A stretch of DNA of 63,546 bases, filler included, from Intoshia linei (Eukaryota > Animalia > Orthonectida): assembly GCA_001642005.1 (NCBI GenBank). It is 4 parts of 4 records of this genome, joined end to end, with 100 filler letters (N's around TTAATTAATTAA, not from the genome) between each part and the next. Parts side by side here need not be neighbours in the genome. Positions count along the whole stretch, not along the records: positions 24,560 to 52,961 come from LWCA01000412.1; 3 more parts are not named here. One strand, 5' to 3'. Position numbers and translations under genes: made by a program. Under the pieces are notes generated by a model. It was given only the letters and a program-made list of their open reading frames with translations, ran no database searches and was not told where the DNA came from. Each line of letters begins with the position of its first letter. The first letter of the stretch is position 1. This document shows positions 27,404 to 48,800 of the stretch, one piece after another.

Positions 27404-28761
27404 CAGTACGCGACACTCGAATAGGGACAAAAAGTTTAATTAGATTACAAGAAATAAAATAGATTAATTTAAAATAAATTTAGAGAATAACATACATTAC
27501 ATAATAATATGTCAAATATAAAAATAAGTGTATTTTTACTGCGCTCTTGAATAGGGACAATTATTTAAAATATTAATAATTAACAGATAAACAATGGGTC
27601 GAGAAAAAAACTAACCAAATTTGGAATGGGTAAAATGACAGCTTCCTCGCAATAGGAAATCGTATCAGGTATGTTGCATCTATATTAAATTAGTAATTTT
27701 TAACTACTCAAAATCGACCTACGGCAATAAAATAATAAAGGTAAGACAAAAATGGCAATCGGTAAAAGTAGGTAAGATTGATGTTCGACGATTGTTACGC
27801 TATAGTAGTAACAATGAAAGTGAATCAGCGGCACAATGAAAGAAAATTTTGAATTTAATAGCATCAAAAAGAACAATCCAACGTAATTTGAAAAAAATGG
27901 TATAATTTACCCCCAAAAAATTCGTCTAGGTTACTAAAACGCCATCAAGTGTGCCGATTAGATTTTGCTAAAAAATATCACATATGTGATATGAAGAGAA
28001 AAATGGAGAAATGTCATCTTTTCCAATAAAAAGAAATTTAATCTGGATGGTTCTAATGGATTGCATAATTATTGGCATGATATTAAAAACGATGATTCAT
28101 TGTTTTCCTCTCGTCCACATGGGGGAGGTTCTATAATGGCATGGGCGCGTTCGGTTGTAACGGAAAGCTAAATTTACTAGTAATTAATGGACGTTTAAAT
28201 TCAAGTGGATCTTAAACATATCGGTTCTACAATTGATGGATCAAGTTGGATATTTCAGCAAGATAACGCACCAATACACGTCTCCAAAATATCCAAAAAT
28301 TGGTTTGAAAATAATGACATAAGTGTACTAAAGTGGCCTTCTCTATCTCCAGGCCTAAACCCTATAGAGAACATATGGTGAATTCTTGGAAATCAGGTTT
28401 ATAATAATGGAAATCAATATGATTCCATACAAGAAAATAAGTATAATTTCTGCATGGAATGAAATGTTTTTCAAAGAGTAGTGAACTCTATACCTAACAG
28501 AATTTTAGAACTAGCAAAATCCAGTGAGATAAAACACCATATTAAAGATTTTCTTTAATTAAAAATTTTAATGAATCAAATTGTTGGCTTTAACCATCCA
28601 GTTAAATTTCAGTTTGTGAAATTAAATATTTTTATACTTATTAACTGTTTTTATTTTTGTCGCAATAAAAATAGACTTATTTTAATTTTCTTAATTTTCA
28701 TCAAATTAGAATTAGCTAATTAACTATAAACAATTTGTCCCTATTTAAGTCACGCGCACTG
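27404..28761 (+). mobile_element. Tc1/mariner (Tc3-like) transposon, full-length but decayed
   Basis: TIRs CAGTACGCGACACTCGAATAGGGACAAA / TTTGTCCCTATTTAAGTCACGCGCACTG with TA on both flanks. Frameshifted transposase: VIFSNKKKFNLDGSNGLHNYWHD, WIFQQDNAPIH, WPSLSPGLNPIENIW. Confidence 0.92.
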
Positions 28762-30135
28762 TATATCATAATATACCTTAATTGTTTCATTAAAATCATA
28801 TTTGAAATGTTTGCAGTGTTTCAGCATGTTGTTAATTTTCAAAAAACTAAAAATAATTTTATTACCGAACCGAAGAGATATACAAATATTAAAGGGTCTT
28901 GAAAAATTTTGTACCCACCCATTTACCTCTCATGAAAATCTTTGAATAAAATAGTAGAATAAAATTTTGCATAATAAAAATGCAAAGTTTCCTTGGATTT
29001 GCAGGATTTGAACCTGAAATTAATTTGACTTAAATACCCTTTTCATCAGAGTTAATACATTTATCATGTAGATGTTGCCAATTTATCTCAAATCTTAGAC
29101 CACCGATATATTTTTCCCAAGAAAACAATTCACATGTAATAATTTTGTCGCTCCATTAAACCTAGCATTACCTATTATCTACAATTTTTAAATTGAGCAG
29201 TTTAAAGGCATTAACATTCATTGAGCGATGTTTCATAATTATGTCTTTTTTTAAGATAGTCACATCCTAAATTTAATTATAGAAATTATACTTTGATTAT
29301 TTTAATTAAACGTAAAAAAATTTAACACTAGATATATGTAATAATAATAATAGATAATGAAATATGTACATTTCGTTCAGTTCATCACTGTATGATTATG
29401 TGCTATGGCAGGGTTATTAAAAAATTTTACAATAAACGGGTAATTTTATATTAAATTTTTACTATGGACCAAAAAAGCACCTGTTGTGTATCTACTGGAA
29501 TTAAGAGTGATTAAAAAGAATAATAATTTGAAAAAACAAATCAATGTATAACAATATTTAGGGTTCATAATTTTTATTTTTAAATTTTGGGTTCGCAACG
29601 TTTATTACTTTGGGACGCTTTAGTCATTATAACAAAAGTATTAAAGGTTAAACGTTGGGCGTAAATTTAAAAAACGTGTACAGTTCCATAATGAATCAGG
29701 TTCGTAAATGTTTAATTTATCAAAATAAAAAATAAACCTCTGGAAACATGAACAATAAAATTTGCAACTCTTGATTACTTTTCATTAGAAAATCTGTGAT
29801 TTTTTCAATTCCAGCTTGTCTACATCTTTGTAAAATGTTATTATTTAATTTTTCAGATAAATATGGACGTAACATTAATTAATCACATAAAGTTTGAAAT
29901 ATGTTTTTCAATTGCAAATTTTTAATTATTTAAAAATCATAATGAATTTAGAAAAATATTAAATTTTAATTTCAAACTTGGATTTGTCTTGGACTAATAG
30001 TTTAATGACAACTTTAATGTTCTTTATGATACTTCTAATAAAGTTTAAACTTAACATTTAAGTTAAACCAATGATTGAATTTTATACCTTAAACAAATAA
30101 AGTTATTATTCATAAAACAATTAAATGCAATAAAC

Positions 30136-33100
30136 ATGTCATCACGTCAATGTAAAAAGTTTGGTCAAATTGATGAATTGAATGAATTGGAAAAGTTGGC
30201 AAAATCATTAGAAATTGATAATGAACCAGAATTTGACAAATGTACATTAAAAAAGTCAAAATTTACCATAGATCAAATTGAAGAAATAGATTATTCAAGT
30301 GATTCCATTGAATTAAACGAAAAACTCGGCATTAATGAACCATCTACATCGATGGAACCTGGTTCAAATCGCAGAAGAACAAAAGTAAATATATTTTAAA
30401 TTTTATTGACAAATTGTAAATTAAAAGACCTTGAACGATATTGATTTTTACATGTCTATTATACTTTATACACCTTTGTACTGTTTTATTAAAATTTAGA
30501 AAAAAAAAAAGAAACTGAAAGTACATGACCCTATATTTACATTTACACCGATCGAGTCTAAAAAAATTGAAAAATTTGTCATTGACGATCTGTTAAAATT
30601 GAATAGTGACCATCTTTATCCGCGAGATGAATTATGTCAGGACGTGCATACTGTTATCCATAATATACAACCTTGGCGTCTTAAATTAAGACAGATGAAC
30701 CAAAGAAAAGGTATTAATTCTAAAAAATTTTCACTTGTTAGAACTGATCGCCTGGAACTAGCTAGATCAATCAATTGTAACATTACTTTAAAATGTCTAA
30801 AAAATAATTATTATCAATTTTGTTACAACAAAAATTATATTGATATTATGGAAGAATACCAAAATGCTTTATTAACTACTGATAAAAATATTAATGAATT
30901 GGTAAAAAATTTTAATAAATGTGCTGAAATTGCTTTGCACACTATTGCAGCTTTTAGTTTGGATCCTGCTGAAAAATATAGAACCTTGGGTAATTTTTTT
31001 AAATTTTTATCGTTTATCATTTTTTTATTAGATATGGTTCTTTACATGTTTGAAAGTTCATTTGTTAAGGGGTTTAGCCCAGCCAATGTATCAAATCGAT
31101 TATCATTTGATTGGCAACCTAATAGGTATTAAAAATAGATATAATGTTCTCTAATATCTTTTTTGGTATATCCCATCCCATGCTGGTAGACTTTTTGTTT
31201 CCCAATCAAGATCAGAACTAATTAATTTATTCGAAAACGCAAAAATTTTCATTTTTATTGAAATTTTTGCTTATCCAAATTTGGGATATTAAATCATGAT
31301 TACTAATTTACAAATATTATTTTTAGAACATATTTTTTGACGTTGCTGTGTCGAATAAAAATGGCTCATGATATGAAATGTTTTCCAGTTTCTCTGGAAT
31401 TGTGTAAATATGTTTTGAGGTAATTATTTTGTGTAAATTGAGTTTGTCTGCTTTGTACTATGTATAAACAATAGCCATCTTTGTCGAGGAAGACGTTTCA
31501 ATATATTTTTTTAATATAACTTGAATTCAAATAGAAATCAAATGATAAATTTTTTTTTTATAAAGTAGAATAGGTAAAACGACGTCCATTTTTTATAGTC
31601 TAGTTTTCATTTTTTTATTTTCTCCAAACACACGAGTGAGGGCCAAAAAATAAATATTGCATAACATATTATGTAAGTAAGGATTATTAATACATATAAT
31701 GTATATTACAATTATTAATTATTTTGTTACTCGATGGTAAAATTAATATTATTAATTTATAGAAATCTTGTAAATGAGCCCCTACGCACATCTAGCTATT
31801 GTTTGTACAAACTGTAAAACTGACAAGATGATAATATTTATGTGAAAAATTGTAATCTATACAGATTTGTAATTTGTAATTTTTTTAGTTTAAATCCGAT
31901 CGATCCTTTGGGAGTAATGATGATGATTGATTATTACATGTTAATTACTAAAAATTACTCATTCATGTTGAAATTTCAAGAAAAATTTGCAGTAAGTTCA
32001 ATTTAAGTTGATTATTAACGCATATGAGTGAATCAGGTATTTGTAACGGCATATGTGTGTTTCTATGTAAATCCAGCGTTAAAAATTTCTTTATGAATCA
32101 ACCTAGAACCCTTTATAATAGTGGTTCCCGATTCAAATAGTGTATAGAAAATATTCATTTTTTTAACCTCAAAGGAAAACATGAAATATAAAACATTTAT
32201 GAAAAAATTTTTTCTTACAAGATTTAGTAAAATTTGATTTTTTATTTTGTTTTCGGTTAGGAAGTTGTTGCTCATAAGAGTTGGTAAAATTGAATTTTTA
32301 GTTTAGGGTTAGAATAAGGTTTTTCTTATAAGATTTGATGAAATTGTGTTTCAAAAAAATATTGGAAAATGGTTTAAAATAGTATTTTTTATTAAATTTT
32401 ATTTAATGATGGGATAAAACTGGAATTTTTTAAATACTAATGTACCGGTCGTTTAGCTTTTGATATAAATTCCCAACATCTGACAAAATTATAATAAATA
32501 TTAAAAATTATGTTGGTAAAATTTTTGTATATTTTATTCAAATCTCACGGACCCATAGGAATATAGTTATGGATCACCTATCGGGAACCACTGATTTAGA
32601 ATGATATTGAAAATGTACTAAATCTATGTTGATCAATTTTTTTTAATTCTATTCTAGGTGTCGAAAAGAATACACTTGTTTCCCAATTGGGCATATAGTC
32701 TATCATTTTGTTATTTCAAGGCACAAAATTTTGAAAAAGCGGATAAATTGGTATAAATTTCATTTGAAAGCAATGATTTTCAAGTGTTATTTTTATAGCT
32801 TTGTCAAGCAATTCTCATGTTTCCTTCATTTATACATTTGCTGTTGGATATATGTAATGTTAATCCCGACAATTATGTCGAATTCCATTCTTACCTCAGT
32901 CATAAGAGTAAAAAAATGAAGTAAACTAAAAAACCAATAATAAATTTATTTTAATTTTGATAGGGTATCTGAAGGGTTCAAAACTTTAATTGAAGCTTAT
33001 GTTCGTCGTACAAATATACTGTGGAAAGAAAAGGTTGTATTGGAATGGATAGAAAAGAATGTTAAATTAGTCTTAGCCAAAATCGACAACAGAGATCCAG

Positions 33101-33629
33101 ACACAATGAAACAAGTTGACGCTTACCAATTTACGTAATTTTTGTTTTTAAATTTTTGATTGACAAAATTTAGTCGTCAAAATATTTTCAAAAGCTGTCC
33201 AAATTGGATCACTCGCAATTTGATGATTATGGACGAAAAACTAGCCAAAATCCCTACATCGGTAATTTATAACACAAGATTAAATTTAACAGTTAATTGG
33301 TTACATTTAGCTTACCTTTATATCATTAAATCCTTTGTCGTTAAATATCCCTCATATGACGTCAACTGGTTCAAATTCAAATAACGACAACGAAAAACTT
33401 TACCTAGACCAAGACGCGTCATTTACAAAATATATCCTTTCCTTTATTTCGTAAATATATGTTTTAAATTTATTTTACTATATTTAGAAGTATTAACCCA
33501 ATGAGCAACCCTCACGACGAACCTATACTATTAAAAGTTATTCACGCACTAGTTAACGAATTCAACATCTTCACAAAAACAATAAGCAGCCCAGGAAGCT
33601 CTGAAAATGAATTGGAAGAAATTGATTAA
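30136..33629 (+). CDS. TCF25: Transcription factor 25 / ribosome quality-control subunit Rqc1 homolog (multi-exon)
   Basis: Motifs MSSRQ..., LYMFESSF..F...NRLSFDWQPNRTYF, SLELCKYVLSLNPIDPLGVMMMIDYY, LFPNWAYS and AYVRRTNILWKEKVVLEWIEKNV. Stop at 33627-33629. Confidence 0.88.
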
Positions 33630-33650
33630 ATTTATTGTAAATAAAATTTA

Positions 33651-35732
33651 TCAATGTCTCTCATCTTTTGGTTCAGGATTTAATTTAATCATCGCATCGA
33701 TTCTCAAAATGGTCATTGCTACTTCAGTTGAAAACTTTAACATTTTGTTTTTGGATATGTAGGGTTCCAAAACTCCAGCCACGAAATTATTGACTGTTTT
33801 ACCATTTTGCAGGTCAAGTCCGTGATATTTATACGTATCCCATTCAGTATCCTGTGCTTTATGATGATTAGCGCGCAATTTGGAGAGTAATTCTAATGAA
33901 TCCAGAGCTGCATTTAAACACAATTGTTTAGGTATAACGAGTAAAGATTTTGCAAAAGCAGATATAGCATAATTTTCTTGACTTTCCTAAATGAAATATT
34001 AAAACGGAAGAATTTAAAAAAATAGATATTAAACTAGGAGTAAGTAACATGCCTCATATAAACAATGAAGTGTTTTATAAAATTAAAAGATTGGCATTTA
34101 AAATGGGTACTACCCATTCCAACAAAAAATTATATAAATCATACGATAGTTTCAGCGTATTTTTCCAAGTGAACAGAACATGCAACTTCAACTGCACCTC
34201 CACCACAGACTAATTTTTTAGATTCCAAGGCTCTTTTTACGACGAACATTCCGTCTTCAATGGCTCTTTGAATTTCGTCAAGTGCCATGTAATTTGGACC
34301 TCTGACAATGAGTGAAGCAGCTGATTTACATTTTGGTCTAAATTTAAATAATATTTATTTTACTTGACTAGAACTTGCTAATGATGATCAATTCTTCATC
34401 TCCAACAGATTCCTGAATAACTGATTCGGCGTAACCCAAATTTGATGTATCGAAAGATTCGTCGCCGTCCAAAGTTGAAAGGGTAGTCAACAGTGTAGCT
34501 AAATAAAATAAATATATTTATGAACCAAATAATAGGTAGTCAACATTAACTTTAACATTTTTGTGTTCATAATATAGTTTTATATGAACATTAAAATAAA
34601 ATGTTTCCCACATCCAAACCGAGGAAACACATTACAGTTATATATTATAATACCTCCAGTGACTTTAGCAAGTCGTTTAAGATCAACTTTGCTGACTCGT
34701 CTAATAATCATAACATTTGCTTCAATAAAATATTTCATATACTCATCACCAATTCCACCAGAAGTAGCCACCAGATTAGTACCAGACTGAATAACTTTCA
34801 TAATTTTATCCTTGGTAATTGAAAATTCCCTATTCCTAATTTCATCAAGTTTTTTGGGTTGATCTACAACAATATTAACACCTAGTTTCATGCGATGTTT
34901 TTGAAAATTAAAATCAAAGCAAGCAATTTTTGCATTATGAACTGATTTCAAGGAATTTTGACAGGCTACCGTATTGTTGATGGCATAACCACATATAAGT
35001 TTAGTATCTAGCATGGATTTTCCAGAAGTTTTTAAAATATTGACAGTTTGAATAGGATACTTGTCCACATTACCATCAGTCCTTTTAATGGCTCTAACAG
35101 CATCCACAATCAATTTTGAAAAAAATTCAGGTTCCGATCCAATAACCTTACTTCCAATACTAGTTATGACAGCATTCATCAAAACCTTGTCGGTTATTTC
35201 AACAGACTTTAAAACTAATTTTGAATTCATGAAACGAATAGCTTCTTTACAAGCCATTCGGTACCCAGAAATTACGATTGTAGGGTGAATTTTATTGTGG
35301 CAAATTAAATTTTCAGCTTGTTTTAACAAATCTGAAGCAAATAAAACTACACTAGTAGTTCCGTCTCCAACTTCGGATTCTTGTAATCTGGCCAAATCCA
35401 CCATTACTTTGGCTGCAGGGTGTTCGACTTCCAAAAGCTTCAATATAGTGGCTCCGTCATTTGTTATTGTCACGTCCTAGATAAACATTAAATAAATTTT
35501 AAAAGCTTCAATTTTAATATTTTATATAAATATAAAGGAATTACACCAACTTCATTCACCATAATTTTATCCAGGCCAATTGGACCCAAACTTGACTTAA
35601 CTATATTTGCGATAGATAGACACGCATTTACTATTTAAAATAATGGTTATGTTTACCAAAAATTAATTTACTATTTTGTGTTCTAACAGAATCACCAGAT
35701 TCACGAGAGCCGTCCAAAGATAAAATTGACAT
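33651..35732 (-). CDS. TCP1: T-complex protein 1 subunit alpha (CCT1), multi-exon
   Basis: Motifs [65 protein letters not shown] and [14 protein letters not shown]. Confidence 0.96.
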
Positions 35733-36240
35733 GATAGATGTACGATAATTTAATTTTTAAATTCAAGATAATTTTAATATTTTACCTTTGTTACACATTA
35801 TATTACCAGTGGTTACAATGTAAAGCATTTGTATTTTTATAAATTATTTAAATAAACTTTTTTAGTTTACACATTAAATTAAATTTGCGCAAAAATGTAC
35901 ATTTTACAATTTAGATTTGATTGGTTTTATGCAGGACGATAAGCGTTATCATTGATAAGTTATCAACAATTATTTCAAATTGGTTTGTTAATTGTAGACA
36001 TTGTGAATAAATGAATTTATGAATTTCACCAATTTGTTTTTGTAGAGTATTCATTTGCACTGTATATTTTCAATATATAAATTATTCCTTGGTCAATATA
36101 ATCTGTATAGAATCTCTGCATTTTATCTGATTCATTTTATTATTTACCAGGTTACAATTTCGATAACGATTGAAAAAGTTAATTTTTTTTGAATTTTATT
36201 CTAATTTCTAGTTTTTTGATTTAAATTAATTACTTTATCA

Positions 36241-42572
<6,332 letters not shown>

Positions 42573-42858
42573 TTATTGATTTTTTGTTTTTAATTAAACC
42601 TACATTTACACGCAAATTGGTTATATATCGATTTACTTTCAATCAATTCTAATATCGAGTTATATAGTATTGACATTACAGATTTGATGTATTTATTTTA
42701 TTATTTAATTACCAGTTTAATAGCAGCATCAATGATATTGCAGTTTCAGCCAACAGACTAATTTCATTACATTTTAAGAGAATGTAATTTGAGAATGTTG
42801 CGTCACAGTTTAAATAACATTATACAAGTTAAAATTAATATTACCATCATTACTTTGT

Positions 42859-45800
42859 ATGATGGATAGTTCCACATATTCCAAAAATGAATTTACTCCG
42901 ACTATTAAATATCCAAGTTCAAATACCTCTTTTAAAAGAAGTAAACATTCAGCGTTTATTCAAGATTTTAAAGCAAATTTTGATTTCAATTTAATATATC
43001 AGAATGCATCTGATCATGATTTATCTCTTTTATCTCGGCACGTATGTCTATAATTTTAGTTCTTGTACGTTACTCATTGTATCCTTTATGGTCCTATAAA
43101 TTATTTGATACATTTTTTACTAAACTACAAATTTACTCTTTTATTTTTTTTACTTTTATTGTACTTTTTTTTATAAATATTTTTATATATGTTTAAGGTT
43201 GAAATTACATTATACAAATCTCTTAATGTAATATTAATCAGTTTTATTGATATTCAATAGTTTATAAATGAACATAATTCAGTCGTTATATGAGTGTATT
43301 CAATTAATGTTGTCATTAATACAGTTTGATTAAATCCATACAATTTGTATAATAGAAACACTTAATTGATAGAATGTTAATAAACTCACAGAATAAGTGT
43401 AATGTCAAAGAACCATTAATGCAAACCCAGTCTGGTGCCGATGTTGTCGATTATCATCGGCCGTATTCTATGAATCAAAGAAACGAATTCAGAGTCAAGA
43501 TTCAAAATTTACGTAAAATGAAATCAAAGTAATGTTTTAATGTACATCAGGGTTTTAAGTAAATAATACTTATCGCATACAGTTGTAACGATAGTTCGAG
43601 GGTGTTAGATTTATTCAATCTTCTTTTGCTCAAACGAGTTTAACAATTCAGTGTTAAAGTTTAATAGTAATATTTGGTAATTTCCAACACCTGATTTATC
43701 TAAATAGAAACATATAAATTTTAATATTAGCTAACAATTACTTTTAGTGGAGATGGTTTCACCGATACCGTTTCTTCGTTTAAATCAAAAAAACGTAAAT
43801 TATCTACCACAAGAAAAATATCTTTCACTGAGAAAAATAAGAAAAAAATGCATCGTCAAACTTTACAGTTTTTCTCTTTTCCAAATGATACACGTTGTCG
43901 GCATATTCGGCATTTGATTTATAATTTCTTGGAAAAACCAAAATCGAAATTGGAAATTTCCTATCATATTTTAGTGTAATTATATTATTAATATCTTAAG
44001 TAGGACTTTTTACTGATGTAAAATTATAATTATTTAATGGGTTAATTATATAATTAAGATTTCTATAATTGAAAACATAATTTGAAAACATTTTTTATTC
44101 AAATTATTGATATCAAAAAATGTAATTTATTGAAATTTCTATAATTGTCAATTTTTGGTGGCTCTATTTCAGTGTCAAAAAAAAAATTTACTACTTACAC
44201 TTTTTTTAGATTATTTCATTGTAAAATCAAAAATATAAATAATTAATGATCTTAAAATTTAAAAAAATAAATAGTCTGATCATTTTAATATATATTCAAT
44301 ACATCAGACTCTGATGTATAGATATGTAGTTTATTCCAATTGATCTATAGAAATAAGGAGAAAAATCCTATTAATATAACTTCAATATAAAAAATCCAAT
44401 TTTACCAAATCTACACGGAAAAATTCACTTTATCCGATATTTTTGTAAAAAATCCGATTTTTATTTATATTATCAACCACTAATTGTACTTTTTTATTGA
44501 CTATCAAAAAATAACAATTAAAACAAATGTAGATTTCAATTTTTCAAATTTAAATTTTATCTTTAATAAATTAAATGTCAATAGTGTCTATTCAAAAAAT
44601 GCAGTAACTATGGATTTTCAAATTTAATTTAAACTAACATTTAATATTTTTTATTTGTTTTTAAAATGTCAATCAGAATGTATGTTTTTTTAAATTTTAA
44701 CAAATTTGATATTTACATTGTAAATAAAAAGTCTAATTTGGGTTTTCTAATTTTTTAGTTTGAATTGTTTTATTTTATTTTAATATCTGCATCGGAAAAA
44801 ACTGAGTTACAGTCAAACACTTTCAATTCGAACACAGTTGTTGAGAATTTTTTAATGTTCATATTTTAAGATAATATGAACATTAATATTAATAAAATAG
44901 TAATAATTTTACAGGTAGTAACAAATATTTTGTATGTGCTAGAGTTTAGCTCAGTAGTAATCAACCGGGGGGTCGCGAAATTTATCATGGGGGTCCGTGA
45001 GAATTTGAAAACAGTATAAAATATAAATAAAACTGTATATGCTTTTTTAATATTGTCATTTATGTGAATTGATAAGATGTTTGGAGTATATAGAAAAATT
45101 TTTATGTTTATAAGGTGGTCGCGAACACAAAAAGGTTGAAAACCACTGATCTAGCTAGACCATAGCTTCTTCACCTGGGTCTCAGCACCTCCAAAGAGTG
45201 TCAAACCAGTTTTTGAAGGTACCAGAAAAATTTTGAATAAAAAAATCATTTTACAGCAATTTTTGGAAACTTGAATGAAGTTTCGAAAATAAATTTAATT
45301 TAATGTAAAATTCTGTTTATTAATATAAAATTTTTTCATGATTTTTACATACAGTAGCGAATCGCTACTAGCGACATACCACTAAGCGGACCATTTTTAG
45401 TAATCTGGTCCATGTTGATTTTTTAATTTAAACTTATTTTTATAATAATAACTATTGAGATTCAAATGCGAAACAGTTTTTAATTCAAATTATTTTACGT
45501 TATTAATTAAGTAACGGGATAAGTTAACCTTTTTTAAATTATGAAATATATTCATTCATTTAAATATTTTCCCACTGATATTAAAAATTGTCTTTTAAAT
45601 TTAATAAGGTTACAAAATTGTTTGAAATATAATCTGATATCTTTTTTTTTTATGTAATTCTAAGATGAAATTGTAATTCCTCTCAGATTTTATTTAATTG
45701 TGGATTTGCTTCAAGATCCAAATTATAAATTATATCTTGTGTTATGCAGTGCTTGGAATCAATGATTGTTTCATTATTTGATAGGTTTTGTGATGTGTAA

Positions 45801-48800
45801 TATCTGTTTAAAAATTAATTGTTTTAATTTATTTAATATTATGGATTTCATTTGGAATACATTTGTGTCAGATTTATTTGGCGGTAAATCTAAAATCATT
45901 GTATCGATTTTTTAGAAAGTTTTCTATCCGAATTAACTATAGCAATTTCTTTTGTTTTAATGAAATTTCAGATTTTTCATAGCATGGTTCACGTGACAAG
46001 TCAATTATATAGAAAAAACGTAAGGGTAGTGAAAATCTTGAAATTTTGAAAAAAGTGGTCTGTTTTTCACAACTGGTCCATGGTCCGTTTTTTTTCTATA
46101 GTAAAGTGGTCCGCTTAATGTGTCGCTACTATATGTCAAAAAAAGAAAATAGAGTGATAATTATATTCTTTATGAATTCACTAAAATAAATGATATTGAT
46201 AAATCGCACAAATCTCAGTGTTTTTTATGTTGAAAGGTTTTTTCTAATTCAAAACTTTCGTTACAGTAGTTGTAATATTAACTTTTCTGGTATTTTCGTT
46301 TATTAAATTTTTGGGGTCAAATCGAATTTTATTTAATTAAGGGGTGACAAGTGGAAAAAGGTTAAAAACTTATGCCCTAGCAGAAGGACACCTACAATAT
46401 ATGTTCAATTTCTATTAAATTATAATTTTCGTTTATATAACTGTAATATTATACAACTATAATATGGTAATATACCATTATTAATGATATACAGTGAACA
46501 CTTCACTATCCGCCAAAATAAGGGAATTTAAAATATTTTAGAATTATAATTATAGAATTAAGTTTTTAGGTATCGACTAGCAATCTTATAATATCTTACC
46601 GGTTTTCACTATTAATTTGTTGTGAAAATTTATAACCCAATATTTGAGTCGGCGTATAGTGTATGTTCCATTGTACTTTTATAAATCATATTAGATTTAT
46701 AATGGTACTTCTATGTCTCATATTGTCAGTTTTGGCTACAAGAGAAGAATTTGAAAAACACCTATTCGATGCCTTATTTTATATAGTATTCAATTAATAA
46801 ATAATACTACATATACAAATCTTTAAGGAAGTGACAATGCTGATATGCTTTTCAATTGAATTTTCACTCCGAATATGGTCAGTTGGGTGTAGATATCGAT
46901 ATAGAGGTTTTAAAGGCCGAATGATGTATTTACGTCAACCATTATCTTTGATTGGTTTAATTTTTTTTCTTATAAAAATACAATTTAATTTAGATATCAT
47001 TGTCATTTTGTCTACTTGTATTGTTATATTTATGGGTAGCAGTGGGAAAATATTTGCTACGTCAAGTTTGAGAGGTTTGAGGATGCTTCAAATTATTCGA
47101 ATGATTCGGGTTGATCGCCGCGGAAATACATGGAAACTTCTTGCATCCGTTACGTGGAACCATAAGCAAGTTTGAATTTTTATTTTTGCATTTATTTATT
47201 TAAACATTTTTAAGGAATTGTTTACATCTGCATATATTGGATTTTTGGTTTTGATAGTTACGTCTTTTATTGTATATTTATGTGAAAAAAATAGTGGAAA
47301 TGTCCAATTTGATACATTTGCTGGTTCATTGTGGTGGGGTGTGGTAATTTTTATTTATTTATTTTAAATATGATTTACATCTAGATAACAATGTCAACTG
47401 TAGGATATGGTGATGCAGTTCCAAGGACCGTCATGGGTAAAATTATGGCCTCATTTGCTGCTCTCATGGGAATTTCTTTTTTTGCCTTGCCTGCTGTAAT
47501 TTCATTACATTATAATTTTTTACATTAATAATATTTTAGGGTATTATGGGGTCTGGTTTTGCCTTACAAGTTCAACAACAACAAAGAATTAAACATATAA
47601 CTAGACGACGAATTCCAGCAGTTAAATTAATTCAGGTACATTAAATTTTTACCCATTTTTAGTTTAAAAGTTATGAATTTCAAGTTGGAAGTCCCAACTT
47701 GGGACACTTATACTGTTTAATAATTTTTCTTATTTTCTTACATCTTAGGCCGCATGGCGTTGTTATGCATTAACTTCAAAAGTAAAATCTTTAGCAACTT
47801 GGTATCCGATATACACTTACAAGGAATCTATTCAACAATCAGCTGCAACGCAACAGAGTAAAAAATATGGAAGGTACTATAATTACTGTAATTGTAGTAT
47901 TTAAACAATATCAATAATATATATTTAAAATTTTAGGAAAAGTTTAAGACATTTTAAAAGTTTCCATTATCGTTCCGCATTTAATTCCAAAATGTAACAT
48001 CACATTGTATAATCATGTTTTATTCCTTTTAGACCCACACGAGATACCTTAGAGGTACGCAAAATTTCCAAATATGGTACATGTTTGATTTATTAGTGTT
48101 GTACACTGATATACATATTATAATATTACTAGGTTGACTGTTATGTACTACGTACAAACAGGACCTAGCTCTGACGAGGGCACATTTTTATTATACTTAA
48201 AAAATATACTTTTGTTAATTCATCAATATCAACTGGAATAAGCTCTATCAGAATAATTTTTTTTTTTTAATTTTCAGACCGTTAATTATTTCACATTTTT
48301 TGTTTTAATAAAATATTTCGGAAAAAAAATGACCTTTAATTATTTCACATTTTTTGTTTTAATAAAATATTTCGGAAAAAAAATATATGAAAATTGAAAT
48401 GATCTTTAAACATCAAGGCATCACTTATTCAGATTGAAATTTTTTGTGGGTATTAACAGGATACAACTGTATCACTTGTAATTTTTTTAAATTCTAGGGT
48501 TGTTTTCATTAAAAAAAATGGATAATTTGGGGTTTTGGCCCTGAAGATATATATTTTTTTAAACTCTCAAACTCGTTTGATAAAAGGAGAATTGGGCTTT
48601 TTGAACCGTAAGATGTGAGTTTGGGAGGTTGAAATTTATTTTGCTAATTCCCATGGAAAAAATGTAATTGAAATGATTTAATCGAAATAATTATACCAAA
48701 TAGATAACAATATTGATAATTTTGAAAAAATACTGAAATGCATTTCACGAGAACAACAAGTTATTGTCAAATTTATTAGATTAGTAAAATATTATATTTG

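Noticed and set aside
28990-29050. tRNA T-arm-like CAGGTTCAAATCCTG on the minus strand
   Set aside because: No matching D arm, anticodon arm or acceptor stem.
34584-35480. Plus-strand ORFs of 61-75 aa
   Set aside because: They are antisense shadows of the TCP1 coding exon; the same applies to 22633..22830 (MCU) and 30835..31020 (TCF25).
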